64,000 nt of DNA, taken from the NCBI RefSeq assembly GCF_006345805.1, contig NC_043002.1, positions 29,822,001 through 29,886,000 of the forward strand. The letters are read 5' to 3'. The DNA is from Octopus sinensis (lineage: Eukaryota). Positions 26,860 through 40,907 of the stretch are shown here, in pieces (within the stretch, counting starts at the first letter, position 1; each line of letters begins with the position of its first letter). Below the pieces are notes generated by a model, which did not search any database, was not told where the DNA came from, and saw only the letters and a list, made by a program, of their open reading frames with translations. A program made the position numbers and the translations under genes.

Positions 26860-27040
26860 CTCTGCTGTACTCTTTCGTTCCATTTTTCTCTCACTCTTTC
26901 TTCCTGTTTCTTGGGTAACGCTGCGATGGACTGGCGTCCCGTCCAACTGGGGGTAACACATACGCCACAGAAACCGGGAAACCGGGGCCATGATCCTGTC
27001 TAGGCTTGAAAATGGCGCATAAATAAAATAAAAAATAAAG
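26860..27040 (+). mobile_element. 5'-truncated SINE with V-SINE-like 3' block
   Basis: CTGCGATGGACTGGCGTCCCGTCCA resembles the conserved block of V-SINEs. A-rich (TAAAA)n tail. The 5' part is shared with the SINE at 27371. Confidence 0.6.
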
Positions 27041-27370
27041 AACTAGAAAGATTATGCAATATTTATTGACGTAGGTAGTGATCTCTGATAATCTTCAGAA
27101 AACTGAATTAATACTTAACTATACGGGGAAACAAGTAATTAATATTTTCACTGTTTAGTAAATGTGGGAATAGAAGCGCTCATAACTTCATTCTTTCTGG
27201 GTGTCCGAAACAGGAGTGAGAAGGGACTTCGAAACACAGTGTTAGCTCGAATATTTGTTAACAAAGTAAACTCTATAGAGGGCAATCAGCAACCAAATAG
27301 TGATGTTGATTCGAGTGACGAACTGAGCCCGCCCAGCACCCTGGATATATAAACGTATATAGAAATATAT

Positions 27371-27667
27371 GTGGAGGCGCAATGGCCCAGTGGTTAGGGC
27401 AGTGGAGTCGTGGTTTCGATTCTCAGACCGGGCATTGTGAGTGTTTATTGAGCGAAAACACCTAAAGCTCTACGAGGCTCGGGCAGGGGGTGGTGGCGAT
27501 CCCTGATGTACTCTTTCGCCACAACTTTCTCTCACTCTTTCTTCTGTTGGCCTGCTCGCTTAGCCAGCGGGGTGGCATTATTTGAAGGCTAAAACAATGC
27601 GAAGTGCATTGTGACCAGCGATGTGTAGCAACATCTGATAGCCTGGTCGGTCACGGTGGTCACGGTG
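27371..27667 (+). mobile_element. Full-length tRNA-derived SINE with 14-bp TSD
   Basis: A-box-like TGGCCCAGTGG, B-box-like GTTTCGATTC and a (GGTCACGGT)2 tail. Perfect TSD ATATAGAAATATAT at 27357-27370 and 27668-27681. Confidence 0.88.
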
Positions 27668-28299
27668 ATATAGAAATATATAGTTGTGTATCACTATTCT
27701 TATCTTTACGCATTAAATATAATTGTAATTGAAATCGTACACAAAGCTCCAAATATCCAGATATCCGGGAATTTGTGTCATATTCAGATGTTACTTCATA
27801 TAAAAAAGCGGAAATATATATATATCCCATGTCCAATGCCAAATTGGGAACAAGTTGTTGAATTTTTACAACAAAATTTCATAAACTATGTGATTCTTTT
27901 TAAATACAGATTTCCAAATGACATGTACGTTTTAAAATTTGGGAAATGATTTCGAAATTATGATGTATCTATAGTTGATATAACAATGGAAATATTTTAG
28001 TAGTGAAGATTGTATATTTTCTGTAAGGAAAATTACTGTTAATAAGCAAATATAAACTGAATATTTGTGAATGTGCAAAATGAATATTTCAAATGTAATT
28101 AAACATTTAACAGGTATTTTTTCTTTTCTTTCGCACATATTCTATCCGATTTCATCCAAGAACTTTTTGTATCTCATTATTAAAAAGGATAGAGGAATGT
28201 GAACATATTTTTTACAGCAGTTTATTCTTACGCAGATGTTCACATGCACACACATATGCTTCTGCCCGCATCAGAATTTTTGGTTAGGATAGCAAGAGG

Positions 28300-29780
28300 A
28301 GAAAAGGGAAAGATGGCAGTGTTTGGCGTTTTCTGCGTCTTATCACCTTACTGCAGGTCATGGGGCACAAAGACAATCACAAATTCTATGCGTAGTCTAT
28401 ACGAAAAAATTCTATATGTAGTAGCAGAGAGAAACTATTTGATAGTGGGAGTAAGAACGGGAAAGGAAATGAAGAGACGCAGATGAGGTTGAGATGGAAG
28501 GAAAAATATGGTGAGAGGGAAAACTAAGGCGATCTTAAGCATAGAACTAGGATGACTGGACAAACAAGAAACGAAGGAATAAAAGAAAAAAAACTTAATA
28601 TAAACTCGTTGGTCTTATCATTCCAAGATTATATATGGAGCGTTATTCCTTCTGAGTCGAGATCCAGGATATGCAGTAGTACCGTACACTAATAAATATT
28701 GCTTTAAGGTTGATGGTGCTAGATCAGCGTAGCATGTGTAGGAGCAGTGCCGAATGTGCTCGGGAAAGCGAGCAGTAAGGCGATAACCTGTTACCCAATA
28801 TATCTTACGCAGCAAATTTTGCAGTTGATGCAATACAGTGATTGAGACATGTACAACAGGAGATTTGGTTATGTCCCCGCCGGTGATAGTTGAATCAATG
28901 TTACTATTGGGGCAGATGTTTCATTGTCAACGATCATATTTAAACGCAACTGCGTAAGTCAGGAAGTTATGGAGCTTCTAAGAAGTTACCGAGGTTCCTA
29001 CCTTATTTCTTTACTGCCCACGGGGGGTTAAACATAGAGGGGACAAACAAGGACAGACAAAGAGTTTAAGTAGATTACATCGAACCCAGTACGCAACTGG
29101 TACTTAATTTGTCGACCCCAAAAGGATGAAAGGCAAAGTCGACCTCGGTGGAATTTCGACTCAGATCGTAATGGCAGACGAAATACCTATTTCTTTATTA
29201 CCCACAAGGGGCTAAATATAGAGGGGACAAACAAGGACAGACAAAGGTATTAAGTCGATTACATCGACCCCAGTGCGTAACTGGTACTTAATTTATCAAC
29301 CCCGAAAGGATGAAAGGCAAAGTCGACCTCGGCGGAATTTGAACTCAGAACGTAACGGCAGACGAAATACCACTAAGCATTTCGCCCGGCGTACTAACGT
29401 TTCTGCTAGCTCGCCGCCTTCGTATCCGAGGTTACTATTTTTCATGAAGTCGAAGAAACGAAGAATGGTCTGATCATTTATGTATTTGAGAGTAGGTGTT
29501 AGACGTTGCGGATGGGTCTGCGTCTCACTGATGGGATGGACAGACGGAAAATAAGGGAAAGTGGAATAGGTTATGTGTAAAGAGGGTAGGAGTGCTGAGG
29601 CACGGATGATTGAGAAATAAATAACGCATTCTCTCACATAGAGATTCAAAATTCGAATCAATGAGTCAGAAACACATGGTAGATTTAACGTGCTTAGGTG
29701 AGGTAGGAGAGCGAGTCAGTACGATTTTAGAGAACAGATGTAAAAATAAAGTGAATATAGTTGATAATTAAGGAGATGTG
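28300..29780 (-). pseudogene. Decayed Penelope-like element (RT thumb + GIY-YIG), split by a SINE
   Basis: Minus strand: DSNFESLCERMRYLFLNHP (about 29600-29660), homologous to DHDFETQSQLMTRHLILRGYP at 33500-33555. LYCINCKICCVRYIG*/TGYRLTARFPEHIR (about 28750-28840) is a frameshifted GIY-YIG motif. Confidence 0.75.
29003..29420 (-). mobile_element. SINE family A with tandemly repeated 3' portion
   Basis: Full unit 29420-29188 followed by a head-truncated unit 29188-29003. The central GCCTTTCATCCTTTCGGGG..ATAAATTAAGTACCAG block resembles the Meta/MESC domain. TSD-like CCGAGGTT(C/A)CTA at 28989-29000 and 29426-29437. Confidence 0.88.
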
Positions 29781-30646
29781 AAGAAAATTAAGCCTGATAC
29801 CATAGGTTTCATGTGAATATGGAAACGACTAATGAGTTCTACTGAAAGAAAATATTCATCAACTTATAAGATCTTAACCATTTTTTTCCATTTCGTCACT
29901 AACACTAACATCATTGATATGCATACAATATATACATAGATGCATAGATACATGCATACATTCACACATATTTACAATGTATACATGTATGCATGCACAC
30001 ACACGCACACATATACACACACGTAGACAAATAGGGTGTGCGTGTATATGTATAAGGAGATGGACAGAGAGGCAGATGGTATTGAGGAACACGTCCGACT
30101 CGTGTATATACAAACAGCAGAAAAACGAATACATGTTTAGAGCGGATATTTTATTTTGAATTTGATTATTCACTCGCTTTCTTCTCCAACTTACTGTCTT
30201 TTCCATGGTGTATGTGCACGTGTTGTGGCGTGTGTATCAATGCTTACTTCTTACTGTGTCTCTGTTTGCGTGAATCTCCCTGTTTATATATATATATTTA
30301 CATACCACCTCTTGTCCATCCCAGAGTACACTGCGACAACAAATAGTTTGACCCCACCCTTACATCAAAGGAATTACCAGAAGCAGCCAATTGTCCTTTC
30401 ACCAATTATCCTGCTAATTGGACCGTCTGTGGCACAAATGAATGGGCAAAACAAGTAAATGAATATAACAATATTAATTGAATTACTAATTTCAATGAAA
30501 AGCTGCAGGGTCAATGCTTCAATCCTGCATTTATATTCATCTTTATCTTTAAAAGTTTCTGTTACCTCCATCGACTCCTCACACCGTCTGCCCGTCTATC
30601 TGATTGTCTGTCTGTCTGTATGTCTGTCTGTCTGTCTGCCTGCCTG

Positions 30647-30732
<86 letters not shown>

Positions 30733-30887
30733 GCTAGCTATCTATCTGTCGTCTGTCTAGTTGTCTGATATATATATATATATATAATATATATATATAT
30801 AATATATATATTTTATACCCATGTGTATATATATATATATGTGTCAAATGCATGTATATTATGTGTGTATGTATATATGCATATAAT

Positions 30888-30939
<52 letters not shown>

Positions 30940-31792
30940 ATATATATGGAGATATACATTACAATACGCTTGTGTATATATATAAAATATAATATATATA
31001 GAAGATATCCATGTATATATATTGTGTGTGTGTGATAGTGCATGCAAGTGTGTGCATGTGTGTGTGTATGTGTGTGTGTGCATGTGTGAGTGTGTGTGCC
31101 ACTCGCTTTCTGTAATGTTTCTATAAATACTCTTCCACTCTTCATATGTTGCACTCTATCTATATTTCTCACGACGTTCTCTCATCCAGGCTAACTCTAA
31201 CCTTGCTTTCTTTTCATCTTTCTTTTCTTTCTTTCTTATTTCTCTCTTTCTCTTTCTCTTATTTTTTTCTTACTTACTTTCTTTCTTTCCCACATCTCTC
31301 TCTCTCTCTCCTATTTATCTCACTCTCACAATACAATTTTCTTCTCTCTCTAACCATGCCAGCACTATTATGCTTTTTTTTCAACTTCATTTAATTGCAT
31401 TCCAAATAATTAGTTTTATATTGCCTTTTTTTTCCTAGCTACTCTTTTCTTTCTCTCTCTCTCTCTCTCTCTCTCTCGCTCTCTTTCCTATACTATCTGT
31501 TAATTTCTCCTTTCCCCAATTACCCACTCACCCTTCTCTCCGTCCCTTCGTCCCTCTTTCTCATTTGATCTCTGTACACACGCATACACTTGCACTCACG
31601 CACAAACCCACCCACACATACACGTACACCCGCACTTACACACTCGCGTGCACGCGCCCACACATATATGGAAATGAATATATATATATATATAAGATAA
31701 ATTTACTTGGAACGGAATGATGCATTACATTCATCAAATAATGATATAAATAATATACATGCATATATATATATTTATATATAGATATATAT

Positions 31793-31859
<67 letters not shown>

Positions 31860-31861
<2 letters not shown>

Positions 31862-32175
31862 GCATATATGGGTACAGGACGCAACCAACAGTAAACAACA
31901 TGAAATATGAAAACAAATGAGTTCAATACGCAAACAACGAGAGAAACAAATGGAAACAGGACAAGTAACATAAAGAACAATACTTCATCAGTTGCCGGCT
32001 ATCTACTCCTTATTACGGACATTGAACGACAATATGTGAATCTTCCAAGACAGTTGCTCGCATAAGTACTAGAATAAAATTCTGGATTTATGTACGGTCA
32101 AAGTTGGAAACAAAACAGGACAGTGGAGACATAAAGAAAAACCGAACAAAAACAAAATGGAGGGTCAAATTTGGG
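31860..32175 (-). mobile_element. Non-coding Penelope-type repeat family D
   Basis: GGGTACAGGACG...ACAAGTAACATAAAGA..CTTCATCAGTTG aligns with the reverse complement of 51180-51375 and with 57385-57517. Bounded by (TA)n. Confidence 0.65.
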
Positions 32176-32230
32176 ATTATATATATATATAATATAATAT
32201 ATATATATTATATATTATATATATATATAT

Positions 32231-33562
32231 AGTGAGATTTACAAAAAGACGAAGACGGGTGTGGAGAAAATAAAAAAGCTTTAGTAGTTTAGCGATCTAT
32301 CAGGGCGAATGCCGGACAGAGGGGGTCACACAAGAGAGCTAGGAACAAGGGGAGATAATAAAGCAGTGCTAATCCCAAAACGACGTGTGTATGTGAGAGA
32401 GTGTATGTTCGTGTGGAAGGAGGCTGGTGACCTTGACGTGTGCGTGTGTGCATGTGTAGGTGTGTGGTTGATGGTGTGGGTGCCGGGAATTGGTCAGTAT
32501 AGTGTTTGCAAGGTGGTGTGATGTGGTTGTGGTATGGTGGTGTGTGGTGTGGTGGTTTGGGTTGGTGGTGTTCGGGTGTGGAGCAAGCAAGAGTGGGGGA
32601 AGCAAGGGTTGGGTGTAAGAGATGGGGTAGGCTGGGATGTATAGGGATGGTGGAGCTGTAATGTGTATGGGTGGGGTAACGAGGGAAGGGTGACGATGAA
32701 GAGAGAGGGCGGAAGGGAGAAGGTGGGTGGGAGTGAAGAAGGGAAGTATGTGTCAGAGCAAGAGAGGAAAGACGGGTGAGAGGAAGTAGGTGTGAGAAGG
32801 AGAGAGGAGGAGGATTTGATGAAGAGAGAAGGAGAGCTGAGTCATGCGGAGCAAAGGAGCGAAGGGAGAAGACTAATAACTGCTCACGGCCAAGACAGGC
32901 GTCCGGATGACACCTGCACAAGGACAGTCCGAACACAGAGGTATTGTAAGGAATGACCGGTAGAGCAAAATGACGGGAGACCGGGGTGTCGTTGCTGAGT
33001 CTGATGTCTTGGAGGTGTTCCGCGATCCGGTCAGCCAGGCGGCGTCCCGTTTGACCGATGTATAGAGAAGGACAGAGAGAGCAGGAGATGCAGTAGATGA
33101 TGTTGCTAGAAGTGCAGGTGAAGGAGTCACGGATATGATAGGGTCGATGATAGGTGCCTGAGTGGATGGTGGTGTTGGAGAGGTAAGGGCAAGTGCGACA
33201 GTGTGGGGTGAGAGCAGGAGAATGAGCCGAGTCGGAAGGTTGGGTTAGGAAAGAAGCTGTAGACCCAGCAGTCTTGTAGGTTGTGGGTTCGTTTGGAGGA
33301 GGGGGTCGGTGAGGGAAGAGGTTTGAAGTCGGGCGTCGGACTGGAGTCGCCAGAAGGCTTGGAGAATGGTGCATTGGAGGAGTATAGCGGTGTGGTAGGT
33401 GATGGGAAACGGGAGACGGGTGACGGCGGGGTGGGTGCGAGGGGAGAGAGAAGATGCACAGTCCATGCAAGGGCGGTGTAGATAGTGGTGAGGGGATATC
33501 CACGTAGGATGAGGTGGCGAGTCATGAGTTGAGACTGAGTCTCAAAGTCATGATCAAAGAGG

Positions 33563-33563
<1 letters not shown>
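32231..33563 (-). mobile_element. Penelope-like element 3' fragment (RT thumb, Cys linker, GIY-YIG endonuclease, 3' UTR)
   Basis: CRTCPYL...FTCTSSNIIYCISCSLCPSLYIGQTGRRLADRIAEH...PVSRHF in ORF 32289-33503, with upstream MTRHLILRGYP in another frame (frameshifted). Both ends lie in (TA)n. Confidence 0.92.
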
Positions 33564-33601
<38 letters not shown>

Positions 33602-33783
33602 CGTGTGTGTGTGTGTGTATTTATAGGTATTAATAGGTATGTATATGTGTATATTTATATACATACATACATACACACATACATACATACATACGTACAT
33701 ACACACATATATGCATACATACATACATACATGCATGCATACATACATACATACATACATACATACATACATACATACATACA

Positions 33784-33817
<34 letters not shown>

Positions 33818-33819
33818 CA

Positions 33820-34674
33820 TAGAAGGTTCGGTGAATAAACTATCGTCTAAATTACGCAAAAATGGAAATAAACTCACATCTCATTTTATCAAATATATTT
33901 ACCAAAATTACATGAAAATATCTTGAAATACTAAAGAGAAAAATTATTCAATAAAATCGCCATTGCATTCAACCACGGCCTCCAGAAAGTTCAGAATCTT
34001 CTGCAACTCTTCTCGGCGGTCTCCTTGTTTAAGTTGGTGAATGCTGCCATAAACCTTGCCTTTAGTTCATCTTTGGTCTCTCGCTCATCTGTACCACACA
34101 CGTAATAATGAAGGTGGGGTACAGTCTGGAGAGTTAGGTGCTCTGATGTCTGACAGCCATTAATGGGTTCTCCTGCCAGTGTGGCATAGTGCAGAGTCCT
34201 GCTGCCAAACATAAGGTCTTCCAGCAGCCAACTTTTTGATCCAGGGCAACACTAATTGTTCCAGGTACTTGATGGAGCCCTCCGTGTTGAGTCTTAGGTC
34301 GTGTGGGAATTTGAATGAAGGCATAACGTTGGCATCACTAGTGAACACTCCAAATACAATGATGTTGGATGGATGTTTATCACTCTCGGTCTCTCGGTAC
34401 TTTCATTACTCTCATACTGGATATTCATCACTCTCGGTACATGTACTGTGATTGCACTGTGTTCACATTGACAGCCATTCACACTGAAATACTCGTATTG
34501 GAGCCTCCGCCGCGATTACCAAGCAGTTCTGCATGTCGTTCCGAAATTTTTGACAGAGTGATCTGCGTCATGGTGCTCTCTACTATACTGTGTAATTGAC
34601 AAACTCAAAAGCAAACAATTTGCACTCGCGAAATTAAAAACAAAATGGCGACATTTTACCTATCGAACCCTGTA
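33820..34674 (-). mobile_element. Internally deleted Tc1/mariner-superfamily transposon (maT/DD37D-like)
   Basis: TA-flanked imperfect TIRs (TAGAAGGTTCGGTGAATAAACTATCGTC and reverse complement TACAGGGTTCGATAGGTAAAATGTCGCC). Transposase remnants VLPWIKKLAAGRPYVWQQDSALCH, PNSPDC and YYVCG...TKDELKARFMAAF. Confidence 0.85.
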
Positions 34675-35104
34675 TGTGTGTGTGTGTGAGAGAGTGTGCG
34701 TGTGTGTGTGTATGTATATATAATATCATATATATATATATATATATATACATATGATATTACATATATATATGATATTATAAATAATATATATATGTAC
34801 ACACAAACACACACACGCATATATATATACTACATACGTGAGAAATATTGTCTGTGTGTGTGTTTGTGAAGTTGTTAGCTAACTCATCCTACAATGTTTT
34901 ATTGATTTTGATGAAACTTGACGTGATTAGAACTCATATCTGGAAGCCTCATGGCATACTCACTTTGTTGAAAAAAATCGATAATAGGGCTCCTGAAAGG
35001 AATCCTTATATATATCTAATATTCTTTATATTAAAAACCAAGGTAAATAACCCATTCCTTTTCCTAAATTATATGGTAACAAGCAGAAACATAACATAAT
35101 TATT

Positions 35105-35137
<33 letters not shown>

Positions 35138-35617
35138 TTGTATGTAAGTATGCAGGTATATTTGTATATTTGTATATTGATAGACAGACAAATAAACAGA
35201 TTACACTATCAGTTTATTCTTTTTTTGCATTAGATATTTAAAACAAACGTATCAAATTAGTATTGCCAGATCAGTTGTAAATTTGTACAGCGGAATTACG
35301 TGTTGCATATATACTTTAATTGTTTGTAAATTGTGAGGAATGCTTCAAAATTTTGTACTTTTGTTGGCAGTAACCGTCTTATTCACGATGTGCTCTAATG
35401 TACATTACTTACTGATGTATTCAACGCAAAGGTAAGCCTATCTCTCTTGTGCATTACATTGTTCGTGTCAATCTTTATAGTAAATATGTAGTGGTTTTTG
35501 AGCCCTGCTGTATCTAAATTTGCCTTATATTGTGCCTGTATTGGGCGTGAACTTGCTGGTTACTTTATTATTACTCTTTGTGTGTGTATACATATATATA
35601 TATATATACATACATAC

Positions 35618-35648
<31 letters not shown>

Positions 35649-36209
35649 TATATATATTAAATAACAAGCGAGAGAGAGACACAGACAGACAGACAGATAA
35701 AGATACGTGAATGTATTTATATATACATATAGGTACGTATGTATGTATGTATGTATGTATGTATGTATGTATGTACGTATGGGTATCTTTGTCCCCACCA
35801 CCGTTTGTCAACTTGTGTTAATTTGTTTACGTCCTCCTGACTTAGCGGTTAAGCAAAAGAAACCGATAGAATACCAGACCGGAAAGAAAATGCAGTACAG
35901 TTCGACAAAACTATTCAAGGCGATGCCCCAGCATGGCCACAGTCCAATGATTGAAACAACTAAAAGATGAACAATAGAATAATATTGGTAGTAGTGTTCT
36001 GGTTCACGAGGAATGCCCACGAGAGAAAATATATGAGGGAACAATATCAGAATATTTGGAAATCGTTAAGTTTGACATTAAAACGTGAAGAAGCTAAGAA
36101 ATTGTTGCGTAAGCGAATTTTGCAAAGAAATATCTTTAATAGAAATCAATATTTGTGGCACTGGGCTCTGTTCTGGTATGAACGAAAAAACAAGATGAAG
36201 TATGAACAG

Positions 36210-36240
<31 letters not shown>

Positions 36241-36284
36241 TGTATGTATGTATGTATGTATGTATGTATGTATGTATGTATCTG

Positions 36285-36321
<37 letters not shown>

Positions 36322-36341
36322 TTATTTATCTCTCTATCTTT

Positions 36342-36381
<40 letters not shown>

Positions 36382-36711
36382 ATATATATATATAAATATA
36401 TGTATATGTACACACACGCATGCACACATACATGTATGTATATATGCGTACATACTCACATATATCTGTGTATGAATATGGTATTTGTGTGTGTTTGTGT
36501 GTGTAATTAGTGTGTGTAATTAGTTTGTTAATTAGTTTAAAACAGTTTTATCATTGCAGAAGGTGAGAACATTAACTGAATAAGAACTCATTGCAAGTGT
36601 ATTATCAGATTTTACTTAATGGTTTTATTGTCAGTGACTTCGAAGTTTACATAAATGCAAACGTATATATATGTGTGTAGGTGTATATATGTATAATATA
36701 TATATATTATA

Positions 36712-36743
<32 letters not shown>

Positions 36744-36800
36744 GAGGGGCAGTGTATATGTACTATATACATACATATATAATATAATATATATATATAT

Positions 36801-36855
<55 letters not shown>

Positions 36856-36899
36856 TCTATATATATACATATCTACATACGCACACATCAGTATGAAAA

Positions 36900-37150
36900 A
36901 CGTGTAACCAGTAATGATGGAAATCAACTGTAGTGAACGAAGTGTAATGTAATGAGAGGGAGGTGAGGAAGATCTTGAATAATGAAGGTTGACCAAGAAA
37001 ATGTAAAGTTGGTTGGAGTGGCGGAGTCCGATGTATCCAGATAAAATAGAGTCATCCATCGTAATAATTTATATTTCTTTATTGGAAACGAGTGACGTTC
37101 GCGTTGGCATCAAACAAGTTTCAAGAAAATCCAGCAAGATTGCATTCTAT
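36900..37150 (-). pseudogene. Possible heavily decayed Penelope-type RT fragment
   Basis: Across frames FLE...MDD..FIWIH...FLVNLH, loosely matching the PLE RT pattern RYxDD-FFIW-H...FL--LN--H. Confidence 0.25.
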
Positions 37151-37393
37151 TTATTATTCAAAGCATAAATAAAAGCCAGGAATTTTCACAGCTAAACAAT
37201 TGTACAAGATAGAAAACAACCCTAATAATTCAAAGAAAAACCAATAAACATGGAATTTGTTGTAAATAAAAGATTTGAAACAGCGAAGAAGAAACAAAAT
37301 ACAAAAGAAAAAAAAAGAAAGATACCCAAATAAAAAAAAGAACAAAACAAACTAGCAACATTTTCTTCCTATTTTTCTTTTTATATTATTGAC

Positions 37394-37490
<97 letters not shown>

Positions 37491-38337
37491 TTCGTTGTGT
37501 TTTTTTTTTTCTTTTTCTACTCAGCAAGTTTAATGGTTGGGACAAAACTTGGCTCAGTTCTCAAAAGATTCCATGCAAATGTGGCAAATTCCCACGTCTC
37601 CCAAAGTGTTTCCTTGTAAAAGAAGCATAAATTTTGGTAAATGTTGAATAAGATACCAATGAAAAGAATATTTTTGCTTTATTCGAATCAGAGAAGATTT
37701 GATGGCCAATTTAAAACATCTAACTATCTACTTTCACTTTTGAAATATTTTGTACGTAGTTAAAAGCAATAAATAAAGTTTTCTTATTCACCTTGTTATT
37801 TTTCCTTGATGCTTCTTATTCTTCCTCTTCTTCTTTTTCGCCTTATTCAGCGTCTTTTCTTATTCTCGCACTTCTTCCTCTTATTCTCGTACATAAAAAT
37901 GGAACTTACATCGTAATCTAACTTTTGCAAATAACGACTTGGCAAACGAGAACTCTATCGTCCACCCCTAACCCTGCCACCACCCATCCTTCTTTTCTTC
38001 ATGCTGTCTTTCCGTCTCTCTCCCATTCGAGAGGTATAAGCATTTCGCTTTTCTTATTGTCGGCGTATTAAAAAGGAATGAGCATAGAATATATATATAT
38101 GCACACACACGCACACACACACACACACACACATGCACAGAGCGAAATACATACATGTAAATATATACATACATGCATATGTTTATATACATAGATTGAT
38201 AGATAGATGGATAGATAGAGGTAGAGAGAGAAAGAGAGAGGGAGAGGAAGACACAATACAAGCACAAACATCCACACATGTCTATACGCACACACACACA
38301 CACATATATATATGTATATGTAATATATATAAATATT

Positions 38338-38405
<68 letters not shown>

Positions 38406-38680
38406 TCACGTATGTGCATATAAATATGTGTATATATGCATATATATATATAGATATATACATACACCGGTGGTGCCCCAGCATGGCGCAGCTCATAGCT
38501 GAAACTCAAATATAATATATATAATTATATATATATATGTGTGTGTGTGCCTTTATGTGTGTGTGTGTATAAATGTATACATATACCTACTCACGTACAT
38601 ATTGGCATAAATAGATCGAAAGATGAATAGACTAGATGAATAGATGAATAGACAGACAGAGAGACAGACCGACAGATAGG

Positions 38681-38743
<63 letters not shown>

Positions 38744-38772
38744 GTAGGTAGGTAGGTAGGTAGGTAGGTAGG

Positions 38773-38843
<71 letters not shown>

Positions 38844-39098
38844 CTATAAAGTTATATGCGTGTGTAGGTCTTCATCTGACTATATAAAACAATACTATAC
38901 ACATTTAGTTACACATGCACACGCACACGCCCAACAGACACACACTCAGTCCCACACAAACGCATAAACGTACAAAAAACATATATATATGCTCGACAGT
39001 ATTGTTTATGTGTAATAATGATCTGCACGGTTTGTACTTATGAGTTTCGTTTATTAGACTCGTATATGTGTGTGTATATAGTAAATGCGTGCATATGC

Positions 39099-39136
<38 letters not shown>

Positions 39137-39865
39137 ATATATATATTTGTGCATGTACATGTGTGTGTGTCTATATAATGTTTCCATGTTTATGCTTAAG
39201 TACTTCTTCATGTTTTTTTTTTATACTACGTTTTGCTATGTGTATGTTTGTGTGTGTATGTTTCTATGACAGTCTGTGTGTATGTGCATTGCATTACATT
39301 ACATTAATTTGCCCGCTTCACATGAAATATCGTCAAGATGATTTGACAAACGACATTGGAAGCTGGCAATCTGATTAATTCTCTAGCATAACAGTAATTA
39401 GAACATGATAAACTATTTCATATACGTCGTTCATCTGTAAACGATGAGTGAAACAATGTATTAAAGACAGCCTAGCTAGCCTTGTGTGCTTCTTTCCATT
39501 TCTGGTTGTTTCTGTTAGTATTTACAGCTGCAGTTGTTTAACCCTAGGTAACTTTTAACCGATAGGATCGAAGGCATTCTATGACCATTGCGTCGATTAT
39601 ATTATCTAACGTGTGTTACGTTAGAATTACGGTGTAGAGCAGGTCATGTGATTGCATGTACAAAACCTAGTTTGATATGTGGCACTGCTCAAACCACTAA
39701 AACTTAAAGTTGGTCGATTCGATTTGCGATCAAAATTCTTCCATCCATGACTATCTTGTCGAATTAAGGATATATAGAAGTCATTCTGTAATTACATAAG
39801 GGAGGTTTATTGTGTGTGTAAATTATTTGTGATGACGGTTAAGAGTTACTGGTGGTAATGATGAC

Positions 39866-39925
<60 letters not shown>

Positions 39926-39960
39926 AATGCTGCTGCTGCTGCTGCTGATGATGATTTTTC

Positions 39961-40116
39961 ATTTAATTTAATTTAATTTTTTTTTGGCTCAAAAAGCAAA
40001 AGCAAGGCCATGTAGGGGGACATGGAGTTATGTACAGGGAGGGTGTTCATACAAAGAGTTCAGGCCATTTCTGGTCAAGAGAGACTTTGAACTGAGCGGT
40101 CGTCGGCATCTTCACT
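39961..40116 (-). mobile_element. CR1-group LINE 3' end with (AAATT)n tail
   Basis: VKMPTTAQFKVSLDQKWPELFV* (FK--LD--W terminus), a short 3' UTR and a pentanucleotide tail. Inserted in a (GAT)n tract. Confidence 0.7.
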
Positions 40117-40907
40117 ATGATGATGATAATGATGAAAAGTGATGATGATGATGATGATGACGACAACGACGACGATGATCATGACTGGTGAGGTCACTGG
40201 TGGTGATTTTGAGGGAGGTTGACGCTGATGTTATTGATGAAAATGATAATGCCCATCATGATGACGAGGAGACTGGAAAAGAGTAGAAATATACGATGAT
40301 CATAATAATAATGATGACGACGTCGACGACAGCGACAATGATGATGACGATGATGATGATGCTAGTGGCGGTGGAGGTGCTACTGCTAGTGATGGTGGCA
40401 GCAGTATAGATAGTAGTGTTTCTGATGATAGCAATATTATGGTTACAATCCTAGCAGAAGAATTGGCTAAAGTAGCAACTAGTAGCAACTATATTGTATT
40501 AACTAGTTATCGAGTATTTCACCTTGATGTTGATGTCACGAAAGTGTTGTTGATGATAATGCTGTTGATGAAAATGTCTAGTTAGGAAACTTCTTTTATT
40601 GTACTTTAGTTGTCATTATCGTTTAGACCCACATCAGAAATGCTCCAGAAAACCTGTGATAAGAGAGATACTATCCATGTCTATCCAGGTCTACTACATT
40701 GTCCAATGTGCCCTTTCTGTTTAAAGACAATATTGTACTATATGAGAGAATTTCCCTATTATTACTAACAGGCCAGGTGATCATGTTTAAATAAAAAAAG
40801 CATGATTTCGTTAGAATTTTATAGAATTTAGAAATATATTAGGAAGAATTATTATGTCCAATTTTGATGACTTTAAGAAAATTTTGACAACTCTAGAAAT
40901 AAATACG

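Noticed and set aside
27371-27430. tRNA gene candidates (also 41425-41500 and 59071-59140)
   Set aside because: No complete cloverleaf. They continue into SINE bodies, and one has a TSD.
32289-33503. 404-aa ORF as an intact host gene
   Set aside because: Only the central part is GIY-YIG. The flanks are out-of-frame or UTR low-complexity sequence of a frameshifted PLE.
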